In this document: piece after piece, positions 19,301 through 29,500 of the stretch | Layout: every line of letters starts with the position of its first letter | How positions within the stretch are numbered: the first letter of the stretch is position 1 | NCBI GenBank assembly: GCA_963715335.1 | Contig: CAVQRZ010000009.1 | Span: 1 to 64,000 of the forward strand | DNA: 64,000 nucleotides | Direction of reading: 5' to 3' | DNA from: an uncultured delta proteobacterium | GTDB taxonomy: Bacteria; Desulfobacterota; Desulfuromonadia; Desulfuromonadales; BM103 | The notes under the pieces: model-generated | Database searches by the model: none | The model's input: only the letters and a program-made list of their open reading frames with translations | Told to the model about the DNA's origin: nothing | Position numbers and translations under genes: made by a program

Positions 19301-22300
19301 CTGTACAACGAGGAGAGCTATGACGACGTGCAGCGTGCTCCAGCCTACGATGTCATCGTCACGGACCTGCTTGACGACAGCGACCTCGCCTACGTGCTCC
19401 CCTTTGACAGTGACGGCCTGGATAATGACGGCGATGACATAGACGATGGTGCCGACACGAACGGTGAGGGGACGAATCTCGATAACGAGGTCAAAAATGA
19501 TCAGCCGGCCGAGCTGACTTTCTCTTACACCCACAGTACTGCGTTGCAGCGGATTGATCCGGGCCAGTCGGTCGAACTTTACTACCGGGTCAATTACGAT
19601 GACGATGCGGCCCCGCTGCAGACCTTCACCAACACCGTTGAGGCGACCTACGACAGCCTCGCCGGCGACTTCGGCAACCAGAGCGATCCGCAACACCCCA
19701 ACAGTGACCTCGGCAGCGCGCGAGTCTACAACGCCGAACCGGTATCGGCGAGTGTGCAGATCGTTCCTCTCGCGACGCGACCGAAGAGCATCGTAAATTT
19801 GTCCAATACGCCACTTTTGGCGGTTCCCGGCACCCAGAACGTTTCCGTTGGTGAAGAGATCGAGTACCAGCTCAACACCCTGCTGCCGGTTGCCCTGTTG
19901 CGTAATTTTGTGATTCAGGATCAATTGCCGGCCGAATTGGTCTGTGCAGAAGCTCCGGAAATAGACCTTGATCAAGCACCTTATAGCGATGCCGGATTCG
20001 AACCGGGGGGCAAGATCAGGCCGACCTGTACAGATGATCTGGTCAAATGGGATTTTGGCAGTCAGCGCCTGACAAAAGGAATCGGTGACAGCCGCTACGA
20101 TTTTGCTATCCGTTTTATTGCCCGGGTTGTCAATTCCGATATCACCAACGACGACGAAGAGATCGCCAACGGTCACCCCGCGACCGCAACCACGGTTGAA
20201 TATTTTAACGAAGAACCCAGGCTGATCTCCTACGATTTCGGCCAGGTTGACGTTCTCGTGCGTGAACCGCTCATCGAACTGACCAAAGCGTTTAATGTTG
20301 CCGCAGCCGATGCCGGCGACACCCTGACCGTGACGGTGACGGCTGCCAATGCCGGAACAGCTCCAGCCTATAACCTGCGAGTGCTCGACGATCTGGAGGA
20401 TCTCGATCTGACCTACGTGGGGAATCTCGGTGGTGCCAATCGGCCCGATAACGTAGATATGATCACCCTGGGACCTAATCGGCCGATCTTCAGTTGGAAC
20501 GCACCCAACAATATCGAGGCAGGCGCTGATATCAATTTTACCTTCGAGGTCAGAGTCAACCAGGATGTACAGCCACTCGGGCTGGTAAGCAATACTGTCC
20601 AGGCAGACTGGACGTCGTTACCCGGTCAGGCCACTGCGCTCAACAGCAGCGGGTTGATTGGTGATGATGGCAGCACGATCGGCATGCGCATCGGCTCCCT
20701 GCCGAACAGCAACCACGAGATCAACGATTATGAAGCCTCAACCGACAGCCAGCTGGCTATTCCGCCTATTACATTAACCAAAACCGACCTAGAGCCGACG
20801 ACGATTCCCACCGTCGGCGTGCATAAGCGGTTCAGGCTCGAGATCGGCCTGCCGGAAGGTATCAGCAGTGGCGTGATCGTCAGCGACAGCCTCGATGCAG
20901 CCGGTTTGAGTTATGTCCTGGCCAACAATGCCGACGCTGATATCAGCTATACCTTCGAAGGAATTGCTTCGATCAACGGTCTGCCGCCCAGCGAGGCGGC
21001 ATTCAGGACATTCCCGGCAGATGGAACCAGTGGCGACGCCGTTTGGGACCTCGTCAGCGTGGTCACCCAAATCGAGGATGACACGACCATTAACGAAATC
21101 TCTCCGCTGATCCGCATCGACTATTCTGCCCGCATCAACAACGATCTGGTGACCGACGCCGGCGACACCCTGCAAAACGGCGTCGTCCTTAACTATCTGA
21201 ACGGTGAGACCGCGGAAACCGAAACGCTTACCGCCGAGACCGCCGAGGTGGTTGTCTCCGAACCGGGCCTGACTCTATCCAAAACTTTGGCGAATGTCAC
21301 AACGGGCAAGGATCCTGCCGATACGGCAACCCTCGACGATGTTCTTGAGTACCGGGTCGCCGCAATCAACACGGGCAGCACCAACTCGACAGCTTTCGAT
21401 GTCAACATCCTGGACAACCTGCCGGTCGGGTTGGTGCTGGACGACAGGTTTACCCCGACCGCAACCATCGACGGGGATGACGTCCCCGGTTTCATCGCCC
21501 TGCCGTCCGTCGCTGCGACCGGCACCCTGGTCTGGGGCAGGGACAACGGCGACAGCAGCCTGGATATTCCGGCCGGGCAAGTCCTGGTACTCACCTACAG
21601 GGTCATTGTTCTGGTCATACCCGATCCGACCGAACTTATCGAGAATGAGGTCTGGAGCGACTGGACCTCTCTTGAAGGCCTGAATCCCTATGAGCGCACC
21701 GGTGAAGGTTGTCCGATCGTCACTGCCCCGGATGATTACTGTGCCGGCCCGGCCTACGCAACCGTTACCGGCGTCCTGCCGGAAGTGGTGTTCCGCAAAT
21801 CGGTTGTCAACCAGACCACCGGGGACAATCCGGGCGTCACCGCCAGCCCCGGCGATACCCTGCTGTATCGTCTGCAGGTAACCAATATCAGTACCGTTGC
21901 AGGCGCGTTTTCCGTGACCGATGAACTTGACCGGCTCAACGATCCAGCCATTTTTGTGCCCGGAACATTAACCGTTATTGCCGGCCATCCTGGTGTTGAC
22001 GCCAGCGCCCCGAATGGCGGCGCCGCAGGCACCGGCCTGGTTGATATCCGCGACCTGTCCCTGGAGGGCGGCGAATCCCTGACCATTGAATTCACCGTAC
22101 AACTGGCGCCGGTGATCACCAACGGCACTCTGGTATTGAACCAGGCACAACTGCAACTGACCGGATCGGGGTTGGTCAACAGTGACGACCCCAATCTGTC
22201 CGGTGATGAGAATCCCACGCAGACCTTGATTTCATCTGCCCCGATCTGGCGCATCGAGAAAAGTGCGCTGGACATGACCGGCGTCTCGGAAGTCCTCTTT

Positions 22301-25300
22301 GCCGGCGACCTGTTGCGATACACCATTACGGTGAAGAATGTCGGTAGCGAAAATGCTACGGAGGTCATGCTGCGCGACCAGGTTCCGGCCAATACCACCT
22401 ACATCGCCGACAGCACAACTCTGAATGGTGCCCTTATTGTTGACCCGGCACCGGGCGCATCACCCCTGGAGACTGGCATCCTGATCAATGCCTCCGAGGA
22501 TCCGACCGCAGGGGTGATGCGTGCCGATGTCGCGGAGACTGCCGACAACGAGGCAACTATCACTTTTGACGTCCAGGTCAATGAGGACACCGCCAGCGGC
22601 ACGATCATCTCTAATCAGAGCTTTGTCACCGGAAACGGTATCGGCAGCGGTGCTTTCCCGGAGCAACCGTCCGACGACCCGGCAACCGCCACTGTCGACG
22701 ACCCGACTCTCAAGGTTGTCAGCAGCGTGGAATTCCTAAAGTCGGTGTTCAACGTAACCAGCAACCGGGACGGCGCGGCGGCAATTCCGGGGGACGTCCT
22801 CAGGTACAGGCTGGAAATCATCAATACCGGCACCATTGATCTCAATGATCTATCCCTGATCGACGATCTCGAAAGTCTCCAGCCTGAGGATCCCCAGTTC
22901 TTCGTTGCCGGAACTCTGGCGATAGCGTCGGTTCCTGACGGGGCCGATGATACGGCCACCGATCCTTTTGGTGGCAGCAAGGGTACGGGAATTGTTGGCG
23001 TAAGCGGTCTGAAAGTCCCTGCCGGCGAAACCCTGATGGTCGAGTTCACGGTCCAGCTCGCGCCAATTATCACCAGCGGCACGCTCGTGTTGAACCAGGC
23101 AGAGCTGCTCGTCGCCGGGCAAGCACTGCGATTAAGTGATGACGATGACCTGGCTGCAGTCGGCGATGAGGACCCCACCGCAACCTTGATCACGTCGGCC
23201 CCGCTCTTCGAGGTCCTGAAAACCTCGACCATTTTAAGTGGCGATCCAACAGTCCTGCTGGCTGGTGAGACGCTGCGCTACACCCTGACCATCAGGAATA
23301 TCGGCAATGAAGACGCGGTCGATGTTCGATTAGAGGATTATACGCCGGACAATACCAGCTACCTGGCCAACAGCACAGCCCTTAACGGAACCGGCATCGC
23401 CGATCCCGCCCCCGGCATCAATCCGCTGCACGACGGCATCCTGATCAACGCTCCCGCAGATGGTACGCCCGGGTTACTGCCTGCCGGGGTGGCATCGGAT
23501 GTAGCGATTAATGCGACGGTGACTTTTGACGTGGTCGTTGATGCTGATGCCATGACCGGCTTGATCATCGAAAACCAGGGTTTTGTTAAAGGCAGCGGGG
23601 CAGGTAGCGGTGAACAGCCGGAACAGCCATCCGATGATCCGGCAACGCCGGTCGCTGATGACCCGACCCGCAACGTGGTCGGCAACATGCCCCTGCTTTA
23701 CGCGCATAAGACTGTTGAGATTGCTGACGACAGCATCCCCCTGGGCATTGTCAATCCAGGCGATTTATTGCGTTACACCATTACCGTCAGCAACAGTGGA
23801 GCGGTTCCTGCCACGACGGTGCTACTCACCGATAACGTGCCGACCAATACCCGTTACATCGCCGACTCCCTGCGGCTTAACGGTGCGACTATCGGCTCCG
23901 ATGGCGGTGTTTTACCGTTGATCGCCGGTTTAGCGCTGAATTCTGATGACAATCCGGGCGAGGGCATTGTCTCCATCGGCGAGAGTGCCGAGATTACTTT
24001 CGAGGTCCAGGTCAATGCCGGGTTGGCAACCGGTACGCTGATCAGCAACCAGGGAACCGTCAGCAGCACGGAACTGGCTCCTGGGTTGACTGATGCTGAT
24101 GGCCTGCCGTCCAATGGCTATCAACCGACGATCGTTGTTGTTGGCGATGTTCAGCTGCTTAGCCTGACCAAGGATGTCACGGTCGTCAACGGCGGCAGCG
24201 CTGAACCAGGTGCTGAGCTGGCATACGAGATCCGGGTTACAAATATCAGTGGTCTGGCGGCCACCGGGGTGGTGGTCACCGACGACCTCAGTGCGCCCCT
24301 GGGAGACCTGATTAGCTACATTGACGGTTCGGCAACCTTGAACGGCCTGGCTGCCGGAGTCACATTTTCGGCCAATATTCTCAGAGCCGATTATGCTGCC
24401 ACCTATGGCGACCTGCAGCCAGGTGCCAGTTTCGTCATTCGATTCAATGTCTTGATCGACCCGACGCTCGCGCGCGGGACGACCATCACCAATACCGGCG
24501 TTGTCAGTTGGGACAGCCCGCAGCAAACCGCATCGGCGGAGGTCTCACTTGATGTGGGCGGCACGCCGGGAAGTGCAGCATTAAGTGGTTTTGTCTGGCA
24601 CGACACGAGCCTGGACACGGTCTACGACCTTGACAACGAACCCGGTCAGCAGGACTGGCGGATAGAATTATATCTTCAAGGCCAGCTGGTGACCACGGTC
24701 ACAACCGATGCAAATGGCCTTTACCAGTTCACCGGTCTGCTGCCCTCCGCCAGGACCAGCGGACTCTATGAAATCCGTTTCCTTTCACCGGATGCCGGGC
24801 TCAATACCTCCTCTCTTGGTTACACCGATTCACCATTCAATGATGGCCCTCAGCAGATCACCGAGATCAGTGTCAACGAAGGGGGCAATCTGCAGAACCT
24901 GAATCTGCCGCTCTGGCCCAACGGCACCATTTACGATTCTATTACGCGCAGACCGGTTTCCGGAGCGACGCTGACAATGCGCAACGCAACCAGCGGCCTG
25001 TCACTGCCGGAAGAGTGCTTCGATGATCTGCTCCAGCAAAACCAGGTCACGACCCGCAACGGCTTCTACAAGTTCGATCTGAATTTCGGCTCAGCCGAGT
25101 GCCGGGCCGGCGGCTCCTATCTGATTGAAGTCACTGCACCGGCCAGCGGCTACCTGGAGACCCCCTCGGTTATTATCCCGCCGACCAGTGACGCGACCAC
25201 GATGCCTTTTTCCGTGCCTGACTGTCCTGGCCGACCGGTCGATGCTGTGCCAGCGACTGCCGATTACTGCGAGGCCGTCGCCTCGGCTGATGTGCCGCCA

Positions 25301-26413
25301 TTCTCAATTAGCGCAAGGTCGGCCGGCACCATTCATTACCTGCATCTGGTCCTGAGTGACGGCAACTTGCCCGGTCATAGTCAAATCTTCAACAATCCGA
25401 TTCCCGTTGACCCTGAACTGGGTGGGGCCGTAGCCATTACCAAGACAGCGTCCCTGACCAACGTGACCAAAAGCACACAGGTTCCTTACACGATCGTCGT
25501 CACCAACATCTTCGGCGTACCGCTGAATGATCTCCGTATCGTCGACCAGTTCCCGGCCGGTTTCAAGTACGTCTCCGGCAGTGCTCTGGTCGATGGCAAA
25601 GCCTTTGAACCGGAGATCAATGATCGGGAATTGGTATGGGATGCCCTTGAACTGGACGTCAACCAGGTACTGACCATCAAGTTGCTGCTGGTGGTGGGTT
25701 CAGGGGTCTCCGAAGGCGAATACGTGAACCGTGCAATGGTCTTCAATACCGCCCTCGATACGCCGGTCTCGGGACAGGCGACTGCGACCGTGCGGGTCGT
25801 CCCCGACCCGGACTTCGATTGTACCGACGTGATCGGCAAAGTATACGACGATCGCAACCTGAACGGCCGACAGGACGATGGTGAGCCGGGCTTATCGGGT
25901 GTCCGCGTGGTGACTGCGCGCGGCCTGATCGCGTCCACCGACGAATTCGGCCGATATCACATCACCTGTGCGACGGTTCCGGATCAAGATCGCGGCAGCA
26001 ACTTCATCATGAAGCTGGACGACCACAGCCTGCCGAGCGGTTATCGTGTGGTCACTGAGAACCCGCGGGTGCAGAGGGCCACGCGCGGCAAGATGATGCG
26101 TTTCAATTTCGGCGCAACGGTTCACCGTGTGGTGACGATTGATATCGCCGATGGCGTATTCGAGCCCGATTCCACTCAGCTCCGGCTGCAGTGGCAGTCA
26201 AAAATCGATCAACTGCTGAAGGTGTTGAAAGATTCTCCATCGGTCCTGCGGTTGTCATACCTGGCGGATACCGAGAATGAAAGTCTGGTTCGCCGCCGGC
26301 TCAAGGCGATGAAACTGGAAACTGTCGAACGCTGGAACCAGGCTGATGGCGGTTACCGTCTGACAATAGAGACCGAAGTGTTCTGGCGACGCGGCAGTCC
26401 GGTCCGGAAGTAG
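16304..26413 (+). CDS. Giant (3369 aa) secreted DUF11/isopeptide-domain repeat surface protein with SdrD-B-like domains and a degenerate OmpA-like C-terminus
   Basis: Sec signal (..LLLVAAAVQA); many K(S/T)...PG(D/E).L.Y.I.V.N.G......V...D..P...Y...S...N repeats; LSGFVWHD..D and VIGKVYDDRNLNGRQDDGEPGLSGV SdrD-B-like starts; acidic, Thr/Gly/Pro-rich. Confidence 0.88.
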   Translation: MLLLKIISKGRIKLTTVVLGVGLLLVAAAVQAAPCDIKPGADPFIRHDLSNSYCELCGYGYITIIVTNPYNFTQDPLDPLGPQIPGADMTAMTVEENLGISGLSYAENAPNPVIYRVNNGIAQAGLAPAINGSTLTFTSTQVPALTLLQARQGINRFNTISIRVAVSRSTDPEELIDADRTIQATLRFDTDSGCNDSPQTDTDTLPLREPIPQVTKTGWNYDAGQRQNSASNPVYGNNNDDVVWRVRIDNGGLAGLQHLRFDDLMQSDSMVISDVCATDVSANIIAGNNGAGTASGCTPASNRINNFLVTNPFGDMGLSFDGYEVDVAAGGSTSIYLVGKITGSGSCETSRTNTVDDVRWGCEQPPGTGGITRTSTGIIPADTATFYSLYNDDHPLLSVQRRLTGTNTSQPVGSKGTMTIIIRNNSGGSVKNIHLADVLPVEYVVDPTFAPELNVNPAYGVDYDGMIDTLVWTNEAPLDTPLANIAPEFDLTSNGVTHPLYTDQVNMLRHGDVAVVRFRVVLIESDYYDRNANLDVNPEEYPVTGTDPTYKTPLSNQLTVDFDLFCAAQGHQTLVLTGNGTGNPTGAEIPAFPEDLDIAVGGDVFILTNDPDQLLTLPILVTNNGGHDAADYQVFVSFGATMEVVDPPAGCSPIALSGDPNQPEPWKVWVQPAPIPATATVYQCSSPGVIRPRDTVTLEFDVRKSLVPSRIVIDDLSLRADVVGEIMLSDGTPLWFPAPLNRPDGQLDRANNYSMDATWARVIGFNLKKSQIGTCNENNPPSFDANGYEEVQIGEECLFHIETGGWFGFKTPGFAYIAVQNIDVTDEVPDGQAYLSSTDPYVQSTSLIENVTLNPVDLSALDEGWFDWRFNVPDDEQIRVADEWFVVDTKTRLLNKPIDQRQSPNFHAENSHNVLNSMFDATFKNDNTGLVEKYTLGPNTIGYPNEAIRRVDLTLTEPLITLVKEVCNETLYGIGDSCSKFVALTNEGDAYSSYVYRITLYNEESYDDVQRAPAYDVIVTDLLDDSDLAYVLPFDSDGLDNDGDDIDDGADTNGEGTNLDNEVKNDQPAELTFSYTHSTALQRIDPGQSVELYYRVNYDDDAAPLQTFTNTVEATYDSLAGDFGNQSDPQHPNSDLGSARVYNAEPVSASVQIVPLATRPKSIVNLSNTPLLAVPGTQNVSVGEEIEYQLNTLLPVALLRNFVIQDQLPAELVCAEAPEIDLDQAPYSDAGFEPGGKIRPTCTDDLVKWDFGSQRLTKGIGDSRYDFAIRFIARVVNSDITNDDEEIANGHPATATTVEYFNEEPRLISYDFGQVDVLVREPLIELTKAFNVAAADAGDTLTVTVTAANAGTAPAYNLRVLDDLEDLDLTYVGNLGGANRPDNVDMITLGPNRPIFSWNAPNNIEAGADINFTFEVRVNQDVQPLGLVSNTVQADWTSLPGQATALNSSGLIGDDGSTIGMRIGSLPNSNHEINDYEASTDSQLAIPPITLTKTDLEPTTIPTVGVHKRFRLEIGLPEGISSGVIVSDSLDAAGLSYVLANNADADISYTFEGIASINGLPPSEAAFRTFPADGTSGDAVWDLVSVVTQIEDDTTINEISPLIRIDYSARINNDLVTDAGDTLQNGVVLNYLNGETAETETLTAETAEVVVSEPGLTLSKTLANVTTGKDPADTATLDDVLEYRVAAINTGSTNSTAFDVNILDNLPVGLVLDDRFTPTATIDGDDVPGFIALPSVAATGTLVWGRDNGDSSLDIPAGQVLVLTYRVIVLVIPDPTELIENEVWSDWTSLEGLNPYERTGEGCPIVTAPDDYCAGPAYATVTGVLPEVVFRKSVVNQTTGDNPGVTASPGDTLLYRLQVTNISTVAGAFSVTDELDRLNDPAIFVPGTLTVIAGHPGVDASAPNGGAAGTGLVDIRDLSLEGGESLTIEFTVQLAPVITNGTLVLNQAQLQLTGSGLVNSDDPNLSGDENPTQTLISSAPIWRIEKSALDMTGVSEVLFAGDLLRYTITVKNVGSENATEVMLRDQVPANTTYIADSTTLNGALIVDPAPGASPLETGILINASEDPTAGVMRADVAETADNEATITFDVQVNEDTASGTIISNQSFVTGNGIGSGAFPEQPSDDPATATVDDPTLKVVSSVEFLKSVFNVTSNRDGAAAIPGDVLRYRLEIINTGTIDLNDLSLIDDLESLQPEDPQFFVAGTLAIASVPDGADDTATDPFGGSKGTGIVGVSGLKVPAGETLMVEFTVQLAPIITSGTLVLNQAELLVAGQALRLSDDDDLAAVGDEDPTATLITSAPLFEVLKTSTILSGDPTVLLAGETLRYTLTIRNIGNEDAVDVRLEDYTPDNTSYLANSTALNGTGIADPAPGINPLHDGILINAPADGTPGLLPAGVASDVAINATVTFDVVVDADAMTGLIIENQGFVKGSGAGSGEQPEQPSDDPATPVADDPTRNVVGNMPLLYAHKTVEIADDSIPLGIVNPGDLLRYTITVSNSGAVPATTVLLTDNVPTNTRYIADSLRLNGATIGSDGGVLPLIAGLALNSDDNPGEGIVSIGESAEITFEVQVNAGLATGTLISNQGTVSSTELAPGLTDADGLPSNGYQPTIVVVGDVQLLSLTKDVTVVNGGSAEPGAELAYEIRVTNISGLAATGVVVTDDLSAPLGDLISYIDGSATLNGLAAGVTFSANILRADYAATYGDLQPGASFVIRFNVLIDPTLARGTTITNTGVVSWDSPQQTASAEVSLDVGGTPGSAALSGFVWHDTSLDTVYDLDNEPGQQDWRIELYLQGQLVTTVTTDANGLYQFTGLLPSARTSGLYEIRFLSPDAGLNTSSLGYTDSPFNDGPQQITEISVNEGGNLQNLNLPLWPNGTIYDSITRRPVSGATLTMRNATSGLSLPEECFDDLLQQNQVTTRNGFYKFDLNFGSAECRAGGSYLIEVTAPASGYLETPSVIIPPTSDATTMPFSVPDCPGRPVDAVPATADYCEAVASADVPPFSISARSAGTIHYLHLVLSDGNLPGHSQIFNNPIPVDPELGGAVAITKTASLTNVTKSTQVPYTIVVTNIFGVPLNDLRIVDQFPAGFKYVSGSALVDGKAFEPEINDRELVWDALELDVNQVLTIKLLLVVGSGVSEGEYVNRAMVFNTALDTPVSGQATATVRVVPDPDFDCTDVIGKVYDDRNLNGRQDDGEPGLSGVRVVTARGLIASTDEFGRYHITCATVPDQDRGSNFIMKLDDHSLPSGYRVVTENPRVQRATRGKMMRFNFGATVHRVVTIDIADGVFEPDSTQLRLQWQSKIDQLLKVLKDSPSVLRLSYLADTENESLVRRRLKAMKLETVERWNQADGGYRLTIETEVFWRRGSPVRK

Positions 26414-26512
26414 GGCCCCTCGATCACGGGGCATGGTACGCGGCCGGATAATGCATTTCGGCCGGATAGCACTTTGCGACATCTTGCAACCTTTTGCCGT
26501 AAATGGAAATCA

Positions 26513-29500
26513 ATGACCAAGCGCAGTCTTGCCATTTTGAGTTTGAGTCTGATTTTCGCAGCCGGGGCTGATGCCTCCGCGGTTGCGGAGTCGGACTCCC
26601 GTGGCTTCGGATCAGCAGTCGGGGTCCGGGATGCGGCAGCTTACGGCGCTTCAACCGAACGGCATCTGCCCCCCGATCGGCCATTGACTCCCTGGATCCT
26701 TGATCCTGCCGTGTTTGACGAGGATCAGGGCGACCAGGTTGAGCTGAGCCAGGTCGCTGCACCGGATGTCAAAACCGTCAAACTTGCCGATCTTATTCCG
26801 GCGATCCGTTTCCGCGAGGGCGAGTCGGAAATTCCCGAGGATTACCTGGTGCGTTTACGCGAGCTGCTTGAGAGCATGCAGGACCGCGCTAATGTTCGTC
26901 TTCACTTTGTCGGCCATGCTGACTCCCAGGTGCTTAGCGATTCTTTACAGGAGCTCTATGGCGACAATATCGGCCTGTCTCGGGAACGGGCGGGGACAAC
27001 TGCCGAATATTGCCAGAGGGCCTTGAACCTTCCTCCGGAGGCAATCTCCTATGAGGGCTTGGGTGACAGCCGCCCGATTGCCAGCAATGCAACCGAGGCC
27101 GGACGTGCCCTCAACCGTCGCGTTGAGGTAGAGGTCTGGTACGACGAAATCGGTGAAAAAATGGTCGACAAAGAAGTTATCGTCCCCCGCGAGGCGAGTC
27201 GCATCAAGGTTTGTCGAACCGAGACCGTATGTAAGTTGCGCTACCAGGAAGGACACGCGCATCGCGCCAGGGTCAAGAACCTGATTGCACCGCTGCATTA
27301 CGATGACGGCATGGTGAATATCCCGGAGCAGTTTCTGTTTCAGGTCAGGCAGGCCCGGGAAAGCCTTCAGGGCAAAAAAAATGTTCTGGTCAAGTTTATT
27401 GCTTACACCGACAACACACCACTGACGGGTCGACAGGAGCGTATCTACGGCAACCAGCTAGGCCTGTCGAAAGCCGTCTCCCGACGCGTTGCCCTTGCTG
27501 TTCAGGACGCACTGATGTTGACAAATGCAGATGTTGACAGTGAAGGGCTGGGAGCGTCGCGGCCGGTTGCAGCCAACGATACGCAACAGGGCAGGGCCCT
27601 GAACCGGCGGGTCGAAGTTGAGTTCTGGCACGATGATTCACTGCAGGACCTGCCAGACGAACCACAGATTTGCCCGGACGCCGCAGGGGCCGAAACCGTT
27701 ACCCGGGTTTACGATTCACCTTCGGGCGGGATCGCCCCGATCCTGTTTGAAGACGGCAAGCCGGTTATCCCACCCGGGGCCATCGATCGTCTGCGCCAGG
27801 CCATGGCCGAGGTCGCTGACAAGAGCAACGCGCGTCTAAAGTTCATCGGCTATACCAGCAACGAACGGCTCAACCGCCGCACCGCCGAGATTTATAATGA
27901 TGACATCGGTTGGTCGACGGTGCGTGCCCGCCGTACCCTGGTGGCAGTAAGCGACGAGATGGGACTGCCGGCAGAGCAGGCCGAATTCGAAGGCCGTGGC
28001 TACGTCCAGTCCGATGATGTGGTCAACTCCGGGTTTATTGAATCAGACATTTCGCGGGTCGAAGTGCAGGTCGTCTACGACGAACTGGTGTTGCTGGATG
28101 ACTACGAAGGGGTGGAGATCACCCGCCTGGTGCGCGAGGTCAAAACGGAGAACCCCTTTGCCCTCAACCTGATGCGCATCACGGTCGACGGCAAACCGCT
28201 CGACGATCCCGGCAAAAGCATCCAGGATGTCCAGCGCTGCACCGACGTTGCGCTGGACCAGGCTGAGGTCAGGTTCAAACTTGACAGCATCAACCTGGAA
28301 CCACGTCTGAATGTCACCGCCTGGCCGCGTTCCGTGCGTTATCGTGACGTCGAAGAAACGGCGTTCGCCGAGAACCGGGTCGAGTTCCGGATTTACACCA
28401 ACTATCGCAGCTTCATTGAGCGGGCGGAGGTCAGGATTTTCAAAGAAGTCCAGTCGGTTCGCGATCTGCCCCTGGCGGTCATTGATATAGACAGCTCCGG
28501 CCTGGCGCAGTGGCAGCCTGATTTTGAGGCCTATTCTGCGCCGGGGCTGACCTTGAAATACCTGGTTCGGGTTTACGATGCAAACGGGCAGTTCGATGAG
28601 ACGACCCCGCAGCCGCTGTGGGTGGTCGATCAGGTCGACCCGATCGTGGTCATGGCGAATCCGCACGCAGAACTTTTGGCCGGATACGGCGAGAGCCGTA
28701 TCGCCATCCGCAACATCCCACTGCAGGGCGGCACAGTACAGGCTCACGGTAAAGCGATCCCCGAAGGCCACGGCGTCTGGCTGGCCGGGCATGAGGTTCC
28801 GGTGGATGGCACAGGGCGTTTCATCGCCGAAGAAATCCTTCCGGGGGGGATGCATACCGTCGAGGTCGCGGTACTCGACACTGCCGGCAATGGTGACCTG
28901 TTCCTGCGTGACCTGGCATTGGCAAGAAACGACTGGTTTGCCGTGGGCATCGCCGACGTGACTCTCTCCGGCAACAAAACCAACGGTCCGGCCGACACGC
29001 TTTCCCCAGACAACAAGCGTTACCAGGAAGACGTCAGTCTCGATGGCCGCCTGGCTTTCTACACCCGCGGCAAACTCGACAATGACTGGTTGCTGACGGC
29101 GAGTGCAGACACCAGGGAAGCCCCTTTGGATGAGCTCTTTTCCAACTTCGTCGACAAGTCAACCGATGCACTGTTCCGGAGACTGGACCCGGACCACCAT
29201 TACCCCACTTTTGGTGACGACAGCACCGTGGAGGAGGATGCGCCAACCAGCGGCAAGTTCTATGTCAAGCTCAGCAATTACGAGAACTACGGTCTTTGGG
29301 GGAATTTCGAGGTCGGATACCTGGATACTGACCTGGCGCAAGTCGACCGTGACCTGTATGGCGCCAACCTGCATTACCAGTCACTTGATGCGACCGGCTT
29401 TGGTGAGCCGCGAGTCCTGCTGGACGGTTTCGGTGCGGACCCCGGAACCGTGGCCGGGCGTGAGGAGTTTCGCGGCACCGGCGGATCACTCTTTTACCTG

